From: a virus
Strand: one strand, 5' to 3'
IMG/VR virus record: IMGVR_UViG_3300037475_000122
Span: 1-64,000 of that record
DNA length: 64,000 nucleotides
Shown: positions 52,184 through 61,237 of the stretch, in pieces
Numbering within the stretch: the stretch's first letter is position 1
Layout: each line of letters begins with the position of its first letter
Program-made: the position numbers and the translations under genes
Notes under the pieces: model-generated
Database searches by the model: none
The model's input: only the letters and a program-made list of their open reading frames with translations
What the model was told of the DNA's origin: nothing

Positions 52184-52413
52184 GCCGGGACAATGCAGCG
52201 GATGCAGGTGTTGTTCCGGTCGCGGCCGAAGAGGAATCCCCGGCGGACGGATTCAGCCGTATTGCCAACGGCAATGACGACTTGGACGGGTCCGGGGCGA
52301 CTCTCGCGTTTCTCCCAGCCGCCGACATTGCCTTTGTTGGCAACCGGGACGGAGGAGTAAGTTTGGAAGGCGATTTTGAAGGGCTGGTTGTTTTTGTGTT
52401 TTCGGATTTTCAT
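52180..52413 (-). CDS. Hypothetical protein
   Basis: A-rich leader; ATGA-coupled to the next gene. Confidence 0.5.
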   Translation of the reverse strand: MKIRKHKNNQPFKIAFQTYSSVPVANKGNVGGWEKRESRPGPVQVVIAVGNTAESVRRGFLFGRDRNNTCIRCIVPA

Positions 52414-52605
52414 TTTTTGGTTTTTAATAACTGATAACAAATTGGAAATCTGGATTGACCCTCGGCTCGTTCCATGTCCGACTTCCCGGATAGGCGCTCC
52501 CAAGTGGCGCTGGTCCCGTTTTGCACCCGGCCCAGATTATACGGCAAAGTTGTAGCCGTGTTCGTGCGTCCGGCAAACGACGCCCTCGGGAGTTACCCGA
52601 AGAAG

Positions 52606-52752
52606 TCATTTCGGTTTGTAACCGTGGTCGATGGCATTCAGCAAACGCTGTTGCGCTTTCGCCTTGTCCTTCGTGGTGCATTTTGCGTGCGTCCCGTTCG
52701 GGGTCTTGACGCTGTAGCACCCGGATTTTTTCTTTGTCACTTTCGCTGGCAT
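52606..52752 (-). CDS. 48-aa basic protein (not in ORF track)
   Basis: MPAKVTKKKSGCYSVKTPNGTHAKCTTKDKAKAQQRLLNAIDHGYKPK; preceded by TTGACA-N17-GAACGT (52795-52767). Confidence 0.65.
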   Translation of the reverse strand: MPAKVTKKKSGCYSVKTPNGTHAKCTTKDKAKAQQRLLNAIDHGYKPK

Positions 52753-52759
52753 AGTCGTC

Positions 52760-54244
52760 TTATATCACGTTCGCATCTGACCCCGTATCTGTCAAGGGTA
52801 AATTTCCAAGAGGGCAAATGTCGCCATCGTTTAATAAGTCGTAACGGTCAAGCTTGCCCTCAAGTGCATCCCGCATAGGCTCTTCGATTGTTCCGGCGCA
52901 CAAAATGATGTCGTATTGCACGGGCGATTTTCCACCAGAGCGCGGCAGGCGTCCGAAAATTTGTCGGGTCTCCCGGGCAGAATTTCCGAGGTTTACTTCA
53001 CCGCTCCGAGGAAAATTGCCGTGTCGGTCGTGAAGACTAATCGCCACTCCCCCGGCCGCAGCCGACGCCACAATCACGCGCTCGCTGTCCGCGCCAAACG
53101 CTTCGATGTTCATCCGGCGCTCCTTCTCCGGCTGCGCGCCGATAATCATGCAGGACGTCCCGAGGCGTCTGCAAAGTTCCTTGACGCTGGCCCGGTAGTT
53201 CAGGAACACCGCCACACTCCGCCCGGCCGCAATCAAATCTTTCGTGCGCTGCTCGAACACCGGCAGCTTCAGCATCTCCAACTCCTGCTTAGCGCGGAGG
53301 AGATTTTCAAGCGCCGTATCGCCGCCCTTCTCGCGGTCCTCGTGAATGATGGCGATGAGGTCCGCCATCTCGCGATAGAGCGCGTCCATCCGGGCCGGGT
53401 CAGTGATGTTGTAAAGCTGCGCGCGGATGGTGCATTTCGGAAACTTGTCCCCGAGGTCCGCAATCCTCACGCGTGCGCCCCGGGAGGGGAACAGGTCCGC
53501 GTGAAGCTGCGACATTATCTTTTTGCCTTCCTCTTTCGACGCCACGTAATGAAAGCCACGGAAAGGGAGTTTCTTGCAGCCCCGAGACATTGCCCAAGGA
53601 TAAAAACCACGAGGGCCGATAAGCTCATGGAGACCAAGAACGAAACCCAGAGCGCGCATCCCGAGAGGTGAATCGCAACCAGTAGCCGAGAGCATAAGAG
53701 TCGGAATTTTTTGGCGCTTCGCTGCAATGAGCATATCAGCTTGCAACGAGTCGAGTCCTCCGCAACGGTGAACCTCATCGACGACGAGGAGTTTGATTCC
53801 GGGGTGCCAATTAAATCTGCCATACTTGTGCTCTCGTTTTAAAACTTTGACGCAGTGAATGCCGCCGTGATGGTGCGGACAATAGAACGGCTTGGCCGGG
53901 TCAATCTCGCACTGGCATTGCGTGCATTGCAAAAACGTCGGCATGACCTTCGGCGGCGGGTTGTCCCACTGCCCGAACGGCGTGTTGCCCAGCCGAATCA
54001 GGTCGAGCGACTGAACGTCCGGGTCGATTCCGAGGTGCTTTGCCATCCACTGCCAGTCAGAGACGGAGACCGCCGGGACGACGCACAGCGTAGGCACGCC
54101 AAGCTCCCGGATAACGGCGCACGCGTGGGCAGTCTTCCCGACACCCATGTCCGAGGCATCAAACGACGCGCCATGCAGACGGAGAGCCTTAAGGTGGGCT
54201 TCAACGGCCGGGGGCTGGTGGTCTAATAATCCAGTTACGTTCAC
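52760..54244 (-). CDS. SF2 (SNF2-like) helicase
   Basis: SDMGVGKT, VVDEVHRC, LSAT, AGGVAISL, QIFGRLPR. Confidence 0.88.
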   Translation of the reverse strand: MNVTGLLDHQPPAVEAHLKALRLHGASFDASDMGVGKTAHACAVIRELGVPTLCVVPAVSVSDWQWMAKHLGIDPDVQSLDLIRLGNTPFGQWDNPPPKVMPTFLQCTQCQCEIDPAKPFYCPHHHGGIHCVKVLKREHKYGRFNWHPGIKLLVVDEVHRCGGLDSLQADMLIAAKRQKIPTLMLSATGCDSPLGMRALGFVLGLHELIGPRGFYPWAMSRGCKKLPFRGFHYVASKEEGKKIMSQLHADLFPSRGARVRIADLGDKFPKCTIRAQLYNITDPARMDALYREMADLIAIIHEDREKGGDTALENLLRAKQELEMLKLPVFEQRTKDLIAAGRSVAVFLNYRASVKELCRRLGTSCMIIGAQPEKERRMNIEAFGADSERVIVASAAAGGVAISLHDRHGNFPRSGEVNLGNSARETRQIFGRLPRSGGKSPVQYDIILCAGTIEEPMRDALEGKLDRYDLLNDGDICPLGNLPLTDTGSDANVI

Positions 54245-54560
54245 TTTGCCAATCGACTTCGAGAAAAGATTTATCGAACTTCGGCGGATAGATGCACTGC
54301 TCGCGGGCCTGCTTCAGCTTCCGACGTTTCCACTTGAGCCGCTGCTTCCGGGTCCAGAGCCGATACGACCGGGGCTCCGAGTAAAAAATCATGAACGAGG
54401 CGTCATACGGGGCCTCGACCCAGAGCGGATTGGGCGTGACTCCGGCGTCAAGCTTCGCGTTTGCACTCGGGGCAGTAAGGGCGGTCGTCAGGTCCTCCGC
54501 CTTCAACAAGCCCGCAACCGCAATACGTGCAATAGGAAATCCCCTCGGCAGTCTCAGCAT
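54201..54560 (-). CDS. Hypothetical basic protein
   Basis: Fills the gap; start uncertain. Confidence 0.45.
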   Translation of the reverse strand: MLRLPRGFPIARIAVAGLLKAEDLTTALTAPSANAKLDAGVTPNPLWVEAPYDASFMIFYSEPRSYRLWTRKQRLKWKRRKLKQAREQCIYPPKFDKSFLEVDWQSERNWIIRPPAPGR

Positions 54561-54796
54561 TTTGGTCCGGGGATAGCGCAAGCTTCGCGAGCCGCGCCAA
54601 CGCGCTCTTGCAAATGTTTAAGGGTGACATAAGGAGAATGAAAAGACGGATGGTCTTGGTGAACTCTCAGCCCGTCGAGCATGACGGACAAAAATTTGTC
54701 GATGCGTTTGTCGCTCTCGACTTTCACGCGCGCCAGTGCCAACGCCTCGGCATTTTTCAGCGCGTTGAATTCTTCTTCGGTCAGGATGATTTGCAT
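54554..54796 (-). CDS. Hypothetical protein
   Basis: MQIILTEEEF start. Confidence 0.55.
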   Translation of the reverse strand: MQIILTEEEFNALKNAEALALARVKVESDKRIDKFLSVMLDGLRVHQDHPSFHSPYVTLKHLQERVGAAREACAIPGPKC

Positions 54797-54797
54797 T

Positions 54798-54992
54798 TTA
54801 TTCGATGGAAACGTGGTCCGGATATTGTTCGGCGACGGTCTTGCAGTCCTTCGAGAACGCGCCGACGTAAATCGGTTTGCGCTCGACGATAACCAGCGCG
54901 TGCCCGCGCGCGACGGACTCAAGGCATTCCGGCTTCGGCTTGTCGTATCCGCACTCGGCCAGCCGTTCGAGAAGTCGTCCCAAGGTTACCAT
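54798..54992 (-). CDS. Hypothetical protein
   Basis: Short ORF within the operon. Confidence 0.45.
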   Translation of the reverse strand: MVTLGRLLERLAECGYDKPKPECLESVARGHALVIVERKPIYVGAFSKDCKTVAEQYPDHVSIE

Positions 54993-55546
54993 ACGATTTT
55001 GTAACAGCGAATTGAGTCTTCGAGTTTTGCTTCCTGACACTTCACACGATAGCCGAATCTCGGTTCGACATACCACCAGACCCCGTTCGCGTCGCACAAT
55101 AGACCGAGCGCGTGGTGCCCGGCAAATCCGAGCCGCCCATCGAAGGAGTTTTCTTCGACCTCCGCGTAGCAGACAAAGACGGCGATGGGCAGTTCCTTGC
55201 TAACGTTCTCGACCGCCCAACGATGGCAGAGCACCCGCCACTCCCACGCCATGTCGTCGCAGTCCCACGCCTCAGCGAGATACGTGCGGTGAAGCTTGGG
55301 CCGAACCGCGAGGTCCATCTCGTGAAGTTGAAGGTGCGACGGAAAAAAGTAAATGTTGTCCGTCGGCCGGTCAGGCGCGTGATTGGGCGCGCCGGTCGAA
55401 TAGTAGGCGTCGAACGCGGTGAACAGCGCCACGCTAACCGCACGCTGCGAGACAAACTTCACCCGGGGGTCCGGCAGTTGCACGCGAGTGACGCACCCGC
55501 AGAGGGCGAGAAGCAGAGCGAGAATCAGGGCGGGGATTGGTTTCAT
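54986..55546 (-). CDS. Lipoprotein with transglutaminase/papain-like Cys-His motif
   Basis: LLALCG-C lipobox; WDCDDMA, HALG, VEP. Confidence 0.6.
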   Translation of the reverse strand: MKPIPALILALLLALCGCVTRVQLPDPRVKFVSQRAVSVALFTAFDAYYSTGAPNHAPDRPTDNIYFFPSHLQLHEMDLAVRPKLHRTYLAEAWDCDDMAWEWRVLCHRWAVENVSKELPIAVFVCYAEVEENSFDGRLGFAGHHALGLLCDANGVWWYVEPRFGYRVKCQEAKLEDSIRCYKIVW

Positions 55547-55845
55547 GGCAAGACTTCAACCTCGGCTTCAATCAAACCCGTCCGCAGGTCTGACAGTTTG
55601 GTGAACGCCGCCGGGCTGAGGTCAATCCGGTCGGCATGCTTGGGCGATGTCCGGTCGTTTACACGCACGACCACGGAGCGCCCCCCGGCCGTGACCCGCA
55701 ACCGGGTTCCGAATTTGTAACGGTTCGAGGCGCAGGTCAGCGCCGAGGTGTCATAAGGTTGCCCGGAAGCGGTCGGTTGTCCAGTCGAACCATACCACGA
55801 GCAGACCACGACCAACGCGGCGCTAATGAAGGCGGAGTATTTCAT
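55543..55845 (-). CDS. RlpA-like double-psi beta-barrel protein (lytic transglycosylase family)
   Basis: SWYG...TASG..YD..ALTCA...FGTRLRV...VRVNDR...IDLS.AAF. Confidence 0.85.
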   Translation of the reverse strand: MKYSAFISAALVVVCSWYGSTGQPTASGQPYDTSALTCASNRYKFGTRLRVTAGGRSVVVRVNDRTSPKHADRIDLSPAAFTKLSDLRTGLIEAEVEVLP

Positions 55846-56129
55846 CGGCCGTGAATTGGGTTGCGACAGTCTCCCGCGTGAAACGGGACGAGCGGCGCGC
55901 AGGAGACTCCGCTTCGGCGTTCGTAGTATTCACACTTCCCCAACGCGAAGCGAACAAAAACGCTGTCGTAGTTAGGGATGGCTTCAGGTAAAACCTTTTC
56001 CGACATCGGGACCGGAGCAGGCGCTTCGAGAGCAACCGGCCGGGGCAAGATGCGGTCCACGGCGACGACGGCCGCGATGCAAAAGCACATGACGCCGACG
56101 ATTTTAAGGGCAATTTTCAAGGATTTCAC
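55842..56129 (-). CDS. Small membrane-anchored protein
   Basis: N-terminal TM helix. Confidence 0.55.
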   Translation of the reverse strand: MKSLKIALKIVGVMCFCIAAVVAVDRILPRPVALEAPAPVPMSEKVLPEAIPNYDSVFVRFALGKCEYYERRSGVSCAPLVPFHAGDCRNPIHGR

Positions 56130-56625
56130 GGATTTCTTTCAAGTTTGCGATTTTGAGACGATACCAATTCAGCCAGAGCCGGTCTGACCCGCTGCCGATG
56201 TAGGGAATGGCATGCGATTTGAATTCTTTGATTTCCCCGGAGAGCCGGGCGCGCAGGAGATAGAACCAGCGAGGCTCGCATAGCACGGAGTATTTGTCCG
56301 CCCAGCACAGCAACGAGGGGTCCTCCTTGTGCAGCTTCGCGTATTCCCGGGAATGGTAGAGCGTCAGGTCATGGAAGGCGCGCGAATAAGAACTGCGGTC
56401 GAGGTATTTTCCGGCGAGGTCCGCGCCGAACTCCGGGTGTTCCCGGCCTTCAACTCCGTCGATGTTCGGCTTGCCCCAATAGCCGAGGTCATGCACGAAA
56501 ATGCAAAACCACTCGCGCCACGTCGGCCAGACGCAGAACAGCCGACGCCACGCCAGCCCCACGGTCAGAGGGTGCCAGAGGAATTGATGCACGCCGAAGA
56601 GAATTGACTTGGTTCCGATTTTCAT
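56104..56625 (-). CDS. HD-domain-like phosphohydrolase
   Basis: H...VHDLG...HP..GA...YH...ADK. Confidence 0.6.
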   Translation of the reverse strand: MKIGTKSILFGVHQFLWHPLTVGLAWRRLFCVWPTWREWFCIFVHDLGYWGKPNIDGVEGREHPEFGADLAGKYLDRSSYSRAFHDLTLYHSREYAKLHKEDPSLLCWADKYSVLCEPRWFYLLRARLSGEIKEFKSHAIPYIGSGSDRLWLNWYRLKIANLKEIREILENCP

Positions 56626-57143
56626 GGTTCGCAAGAGAGACCGCACGCCGGGACGTCCTGCTCTTCAATCGTGAGCGCGGGCATGGTTGAGTTGTGGAGA
56701 AAAAATTTCGCCATCGGCACAATCCAAGCCAGATTGGGCAGCGGCTCGTATTCCCCGACGCGGTCCACGCGCAGGAGATTGACGACTTCCTCGGAGGTGG
56801 TCTTCAGCGCGAGGAATTTGTCCCACTCCATCTGTCCGGTAAACATCGCGACCTTGCCGCCGGGAATCTTCATGTCGGCGAAATAAATCCAACTTTCCGC
56901 GTTGGTCTCCGTGCCGGTCTCCTCCTTGAACTCGCGCACCATGGCCTCGTGTTCCGTCTCTTCAAACGTTTTCACGTCGAAGTTCATCTCGCATCCAATC
57001 TTGCCGCCGATGCCGTTGAGCTTTCCCTTCTGCCAATCCGGTTTTGTTTTCCGGATGAGGGCGACGTAAAAGACGCCGGGAGTCCGAGGATATTCCGCGA
57101 ATGCGAATCCGACAACGTAGTTCATGGTGGGGACGAGGTTCAC
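56622..57143 (-). CDS. NUDIX hydrolase
   Basis: GIGGK...ETEHEAMVREFKEETG. Confidence 0.88.
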   Translation of the reverse strand: MNLVPTMNYVVGFAFAEYPRTPGVFYVALIRKTKPDWQKGKLNGIGGKIGCEMNFDVKTFEETEHEAMVREFKEETGTETNAESWIYFADMKIPGGKVAMFTGQMEWDKFLALKTTSEEVVNLLRVDRVGEYEPLPNLAWIVPMAKFFLHNSTMPALTIEEQDVPACGLSCEP

Positions 57144-57673
57144 GGCTGAGGGTCGAGCAGAAGTTCCGACGCATACAACGACGGCGTGATGCCGATGCTG
57201 TTCTGGACTGCCCAGCGCGTCACGTTGCGGTGAAACTGGCGAAGGTCTCCATCGTTGCGGATATAATCCGTCGCATACGATGCGTCGTAAGTGACCGTCG
57301 GGTCTTCCGGAATTCCAGTCCGGTCAATCCAAACGATATGGTCGAACAGGCATCGAGACTTCGCGGCGAGAAGTTCGACTTTGTCGCGCACCCCGGTAAT
57401 CACGCGGCCCTCGGGGGTCGCATGAAAGGCGCGCTGCATCAGCAGAAGCGGATTGTCGGCGCGGAATTGGTCGCAGGCCGCTTTCCAAAGCTCCCGGTTC
57501 TCGTGCCGGTGTTCCCACGCAAGCTGCGGATGAGTCTTCAGCAACTCCGCCATGAGCGGAAGAGCCGCCCAGCTTGTGCTTCCGGCGTAACGCACGCCAA
57601 GGTGATTGTCCATGAAACGCGCAGCCTCGTCCTTCCCGGAGCGGCCCCAGCCTACTATCAGTATTTTTTTCAT
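57140..57673 (-). CDS. P-loop nucleotide (dNMP-type) kinase
   Basis: ILIVGWGRSGKD, ITGVR...E, IRNDG. Confidence 0.75.
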   Translation of the reverse strand: MKKILIVGWGRSGKDEAARFMDNHLGVRYAGSTSWAALPLMAELLKTHPQLAWEHRHENRELWKAACDQFRADNPLLLMQRAFHATPEGRVITGVRDKVELLAAKSRCLFDHIVWIDRTGIPEDPTVTYDASYATDYIRNDGDLRQFHRNVTRWAVQNSIGITPSLYASELLLDPQP

Positions 57674-57999
57674 TGCACAAAAAAGATGTCGATTCGTTGA
57701 TTGTCCTTCGTGATGAGCCAGCGGACGTCCTTAAGGTCCCGATTTTCTCCACGACAGGCCCGGCCCCGCTGCGCGCCGAACGTCGCCAGAATTTCCTCCC
57801 AGATAAAACTTCGCGGGAGACAATTCGTGTTGTTGCGCGGCATAACTAGAAGGTCCAAATCTTTTCGAGACCCGGCCTTGTGTAGCACGCTGCCGCCGAT
57901 GCTCACATGATACCCCAGAGGGGTCAGCCGTTTTTCCAGCAGGCGGGCGGCGTCCATACCCTGCCCGAGGTTCCAAGGTTCATTCGCCTTCGCGTTCAT
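57670..57999 (-). CDS. Minimal Pol-beta-like nucleotidyltransferase
   Basis: IGGSV...SRKDLDLL...RIDIF. Confidence 0.7.
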   Translation of the reverse strand: MNAKANEPWNLGQGMDAARLLEKRLTPLGYHVSIGGSVLHKAGSRKDLDLLVMPRNNTNCLPRSFIWEEILATFGAQRGRACRGENRDLKDVRWLITKDNQRIDIFFVQ

Positions 58000-58196
58000 G
58001 AAAAAAGCTCTTGGATGAAGTCGGGGCGGTTCGGTCGGCGCGTCCTCGGGGGCGGCGGTCCAGCTTTCGGGACGTGCGGCACCCAAATGTGCCCCGGGGG
58101 CAAGATGGTTGTCGTCGCCGGTTGCATGCTGGACGAGCCGTGGGCGTCGTTGATGAGCGCGTTGAACGCGTCGCGATGGTCGAGCAGGTCGGACAT
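57996..58196 (-). CDS. Hypothetical protein
   Basis: ATGA-coupled. Confidence 0.45.
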   Translation of the reverse strand: MSDLLDHRDAFNALINDAHGSSSMQPATTTILPPGHIWVPHVPKAGPPPPRTRRPNRPDFIQELFS

Positions 58197-58200
58197 AGCT

Positions 58201-58665
58201 TTAGGAGGTTGGGCCGGTGACCTTGTTGTCACTGTTCGGCTGAATCACGGGGCCGGGGGTCACCGCGTCAACGCGCGCTTTCGCGGCGTCCAACTCAGCA
58301 ACAACCGCGTCCGCCTGACCCTCGCCGCAGTGGCCGGGCGCACAGCACGCCGGAGTCAAAACGTCGTCGCAGTTCGTGACGATGACGCGGCCCTTGAAGT
58401 TTTTCAGGGTGTTCTGAACAGCTTCGGAGAACGTGCCGCCGGGCTGAGCGTTGCGAACGAGTTGGAGAGTCTGGACCCGAGTCCAAGGCCAGACGGTGAT
58501 GCGCTCCGACGTCAGGAGAGCCACGCGGCGAGCGGAGAAAACTCCGGTCTTCGCATAGGTGTTTTTACCTATGGTGAAGCCGTCGTTGCGTTTGAGGGTG
58601 TGAAACCGTTGCCAGCGACGCGGGAGCGCGCGGGGTTTTTTGGTTGCGGATGTTTCGGTGCTCAT
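58201..58665 (-). CDS. Hypothetical protein
   Basis: Biased codons; AACCCATG start context. Confidence 0.6.
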   Translation of the reverse strand: MSTETSATKKPRALPRRWQRFHTLKRNDGFTIGKNTYAKTGVFSARRVALLTSERITVWPWTRVQTLQLVRNAQPGGTFSEAVQNTLKNFKGRVIVTNCDDVLTPACCAPGHCGEGQADAVVAELDAAKARVDAVTPGPVIQPNSDNKVTGPTS

Positions 58666-58706
58666 GGGTTGTATTAGGTAGGCGGCGAGTGGAAGGAACG
58701 GGTCCA

Positions 58707-59162
58707 TCAGGCGAGTTTTTTGGTTGCGTGCAGGCGGCGCGCTTCGATTTCGGCGTTCGTCTGCTTCAATGCGTGGATGTTCGCGTCCTGATAAGCTTGC
58801 AGGCTCTTCCGGAACTGCGAATCGGGGGACAGGGCGCGGAGCTTGTAACCGGCCCCGGCGGCGCGGCTGGCAAACTGCTTGCGACGACGGCCGAGTTGAA
58901 CCAACGTGAGCCCGGCCAGCCGTTCGGCCAGCTTCACAGCGGGCAAGCGGCGGACCTCGGGGGTCGGCATGACGACGATGTCGGCGCGGGTGCGCTTCAG
59001 GTAGCGGCGACCGCGAGCCCCGAGGCGTTCGTCAGGGTCACAGAGCAACGCCGCCGAGGAGGCGAGGTCGATTGTGGAGACAGGACGCCGGGGAAATGAC
59101 GGGCGTTCAGCCCGGCGGATGGAACGATAGATTTTGGCTTCGCGTTTGTTTCTGGCACTCAT
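58707..59162 (-). CDS. Highly basic Arg-rich protein
   Basis: A-rich leader; promoter TTGACA-N16-GATAGT at 59229-59202. Confidence 0.6.
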   Translation of the reverse strand: MSARNKREAKIYRSIRRAERPSFPRRPVSTIDLASSAALLCDPDERLGARGRRYLKRTRADIVVMPTPEVRRLPAVKLAERLAGLTLVQLGRRRKQFASRAAGAGYKLRALSPDSQFRKSLQAYQDANIHALKQTNAEIEARRLHATKKLA

Positions 59163-59215
59163 GGTATTCAGTTTTTGGTTTTTTAGTTAATCAGTCCACG
59201 CACTATCGCACGGAT

Positions 59216-59908
59216 TCAGGACTTGTCAAGTGCGGATTTCGGACTTTCGTCGTTCTCAACCGTGACCTTGAAACACTTTTTCGAGGCTTCGTGATAGATG
59301 ACGATTCCCTCGGGCTTCATGAAGCCGGGGGCGGCGAAGCTGCCATGGGCGACGAGCATTTCCAGCGAGCGGAATTGATTGCAGTCTTTGAAGTTTCCGC
59401 GCCAGAGCGTCGGGACGACATGACAGCAGGCCGGGCCGGGAATTCCAGTCTGCAAGTTCACAACACCCGGCGTTGAGGCGTCCGGAGGAACGGCGTTGAA
59501 GGTCGCAAAATCGCCCCAGCGGCCGACGTTGAAAAGCGAAAAGCGTTTCTCTTCGAGACCGTAGCGGCGCTGAATGCCCGCGCCCCACCACTCGCCGAAG
59601 TGACGACCAACGCCAAGCTTCACGAGTTCGGAGCGGTTCGCCTTGACCCACGCGGCAAATCCGGCGTTGTCGCCTTTGCCAAGAGTCAGCCAGCGATTGC
59701 GCGAACCGGCCATGACAATCAAGCCATCGCCGCCGCGAGACGGAACCGACGCGTCGTGGTCCACATTGCTGGGGTGCGACCAATCCCCGCTTTCGGAGAT
59801 GAGGATTTGCGCGTTCGTGCCGTCGATTTTTTCCGTGATGACGACCTCGCGATTGAGGCGCGCCATTTTCGGAAACTCGATGAAATCGAGGGGGCCTTGT
59901 TCGTTCAC
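59216..59908 (-). CDS. RNA ligase (Rnl2-like adenylation domain)
   Basis: ITEKIDGTNA (KxDG), GSRNR, FGEWWG, F.LFN, VVP, EGIV, FK. Confidence 0.8.
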   Translation of the reverse strand: MNEQGPLDFIEFPKMARLNREVVITEKIDGTNAQILISESGDWSHPSNVDHDASVPSRGGDGLIVMAGSRNRWLTLGKGDNAGFAAWVKANRSELVKLGVGRHFGEWWGAGIQRRYGLEEKRFSLFNVGRWGDFATFNAVPPDASTPGVVNLQTGIPGPACCHVVPTLWRGNFKDCNQFRSLEMLVAHGSFAAPGFMKPEGIVIYHEASKKCFKVTVENDESPKSALDKS

Positions 59909-60528
59909 TTGACCACCTCCTTTGCAGCCGGGGCCGGAGGACGAGTCACCGGGGCCGTCGGCATCTTCACCACGGGGACCGCGTCAGGAATGACGGGCCG
60001 GGTGCGAAGCGTGATGGCGTGCGCGTCGTGGCCGAGGACTTCCTTGATGATGCGCGGAAGTTCAGTGACCGCAAGCTGCGGTTGGATGACGTTGGAAAAG
60101 GGAATCGCGGTCGAGCCCATTTTGACCCGTGGAATCAGCACAATTCCGATGTTGCCCGCGCCACGGTTGAACGTCAGCATGATTTTGCAGGGCGTGCTAC
60201 AGAAAAACACATGCCCCACGTTGCGGCTTGTGCGCGGCTCCTCGTTGGTGTCGTTCGGGTCGAACAACTGGCGCAGCGTGCGGCCGTCGTCGAGGTCGAT
60301 GTATCCGGGGTCCTCGGCCGGGTCGCGCTGCTCGACGATTGAGCCGGTGCGGACGATTTTGGTGGGGTCGGCCTTCGGATGCCGCTTCGCGATGGCGTTC
60401 GCGAGCGCGCGATATTCAGCAGGGCCGTTGCCGACACACGGGACTTCGACAGAGTCCGGGCCGAAGCCGGGGACCTCGTAGAAGCCGACGATAAAAACGT
60501 TGGGGACTGGTTCGGGGGTGTTACTCAT
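59905..60528 (-). CDS. Hypothetical protein
   Basis: Coupled ORF. Confidence 0.6.
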   Translation of the reverse strand: MSNTPEPVPNVFIVGFYEVPGFGPDSVEVPCVGNGPAEYRALANAIAKRHPKADPTKIVRTGSIVEQRDPAEDPGYIDLDDGRTLRQLFDPNDTNEEPRTSRNVGHVFFCSTPCKIMLTFNRGAGNIGIVLIPRVKMGSTAIPFSNVIQPQLAVTELPRIIKEVLGHDAHAITLRTRPVIPDAVPVVKMPTAPVTRPPAPAAKEVVK

Positions 60529-61037
60529 TTTTCGGGTGTGGGTTTTTTGGGAGTGATGACGATGCACTTGTCCTCGCCACGTTGGCGGAGACGATACGGC
60601 GTAAGACTTTTGTGGACGGCGTCCCGGGCGACTGCGATGCGGCGCTCCTGTTCTTTCAACTGGTTTATTTCGATGATGCGGGCGCGATTCTCGGCGGTGT
60701 CCTCGCGGAGTTCACAAGCGGGAATCTTCCGGCGGCTTCCGTTATACTTCACCCAGAGTTCACGAGAAGCGACCTCCCCCCGGTAAGTGACCTTTGCCGG
60801 GTCATCGTCGCAGTAACTCAACACCTCGCACTCGTGGACCCCATTGTAGTCAACATAGAGCGCCGGATGCCGGTCGAAATCTGCGTCGCGTTTAAACGTC
60901 TCGTCAACGGCCTTCTTTGCATGGGCCAGAGAAGACCGGGCAGTCAGACGACTTTGGCCGATGGTGACTTCCCACGTATTGTCGCGCTCCCAATACTCAA
61001 TTTTTGCGCCCCGGTATTCGACAGCAATTTCGCTCAT
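60525..61037 (-). CDS. Hypothetical protein
   Basis: Coupled ORF. Confidence 0.65.
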   Translation of the reverse strand: MSEIAVEYRGAKIEYWERDNTWEVTIGQSRLTARSSLAHAKKAVDETFKRDADFDRHPALYVDYNGVHECEVLSYCDDDPAKVTYRGEVASRELWVKYNGSRRKIPACELREDTAENRARIIEINQLKEQERRIAVARDAVHKSLTPYRLRQRGEDKCIVITPKKPTPEK

Positions 61038-61237
61038 TTTTTCTTCGGGTAAAGGCTGGTCCTGATGGTGACCTTCTGCAAAGCGGGGTGAAGGAGTCGC
61101 AGTGCGGCGACCCCCTCGCCCCCGAGGGTTGGCAGGAGAAGGACGGCGCTATTTTTTGGCGAGACGCGAGCCGGAATTCCGGACTTGCGTAGGTCGCACG
61201 CGATAGCGCCGAGAAATGTTTTGGAGACGAACGGCAT
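61034..61237 (-). CDS. Hypothetical protein
   Basis: TTGACA-N17-GACCGT-N6-ATG promoter at 61272-61244. Confidence 0.55.
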   Translation of the reverse strand: MPFVSKTFLGAIACDLRKSGIPARVSPKNSAVLLLPTLGGEGVAALRLLHPALQKVTIRTSLYPKKK

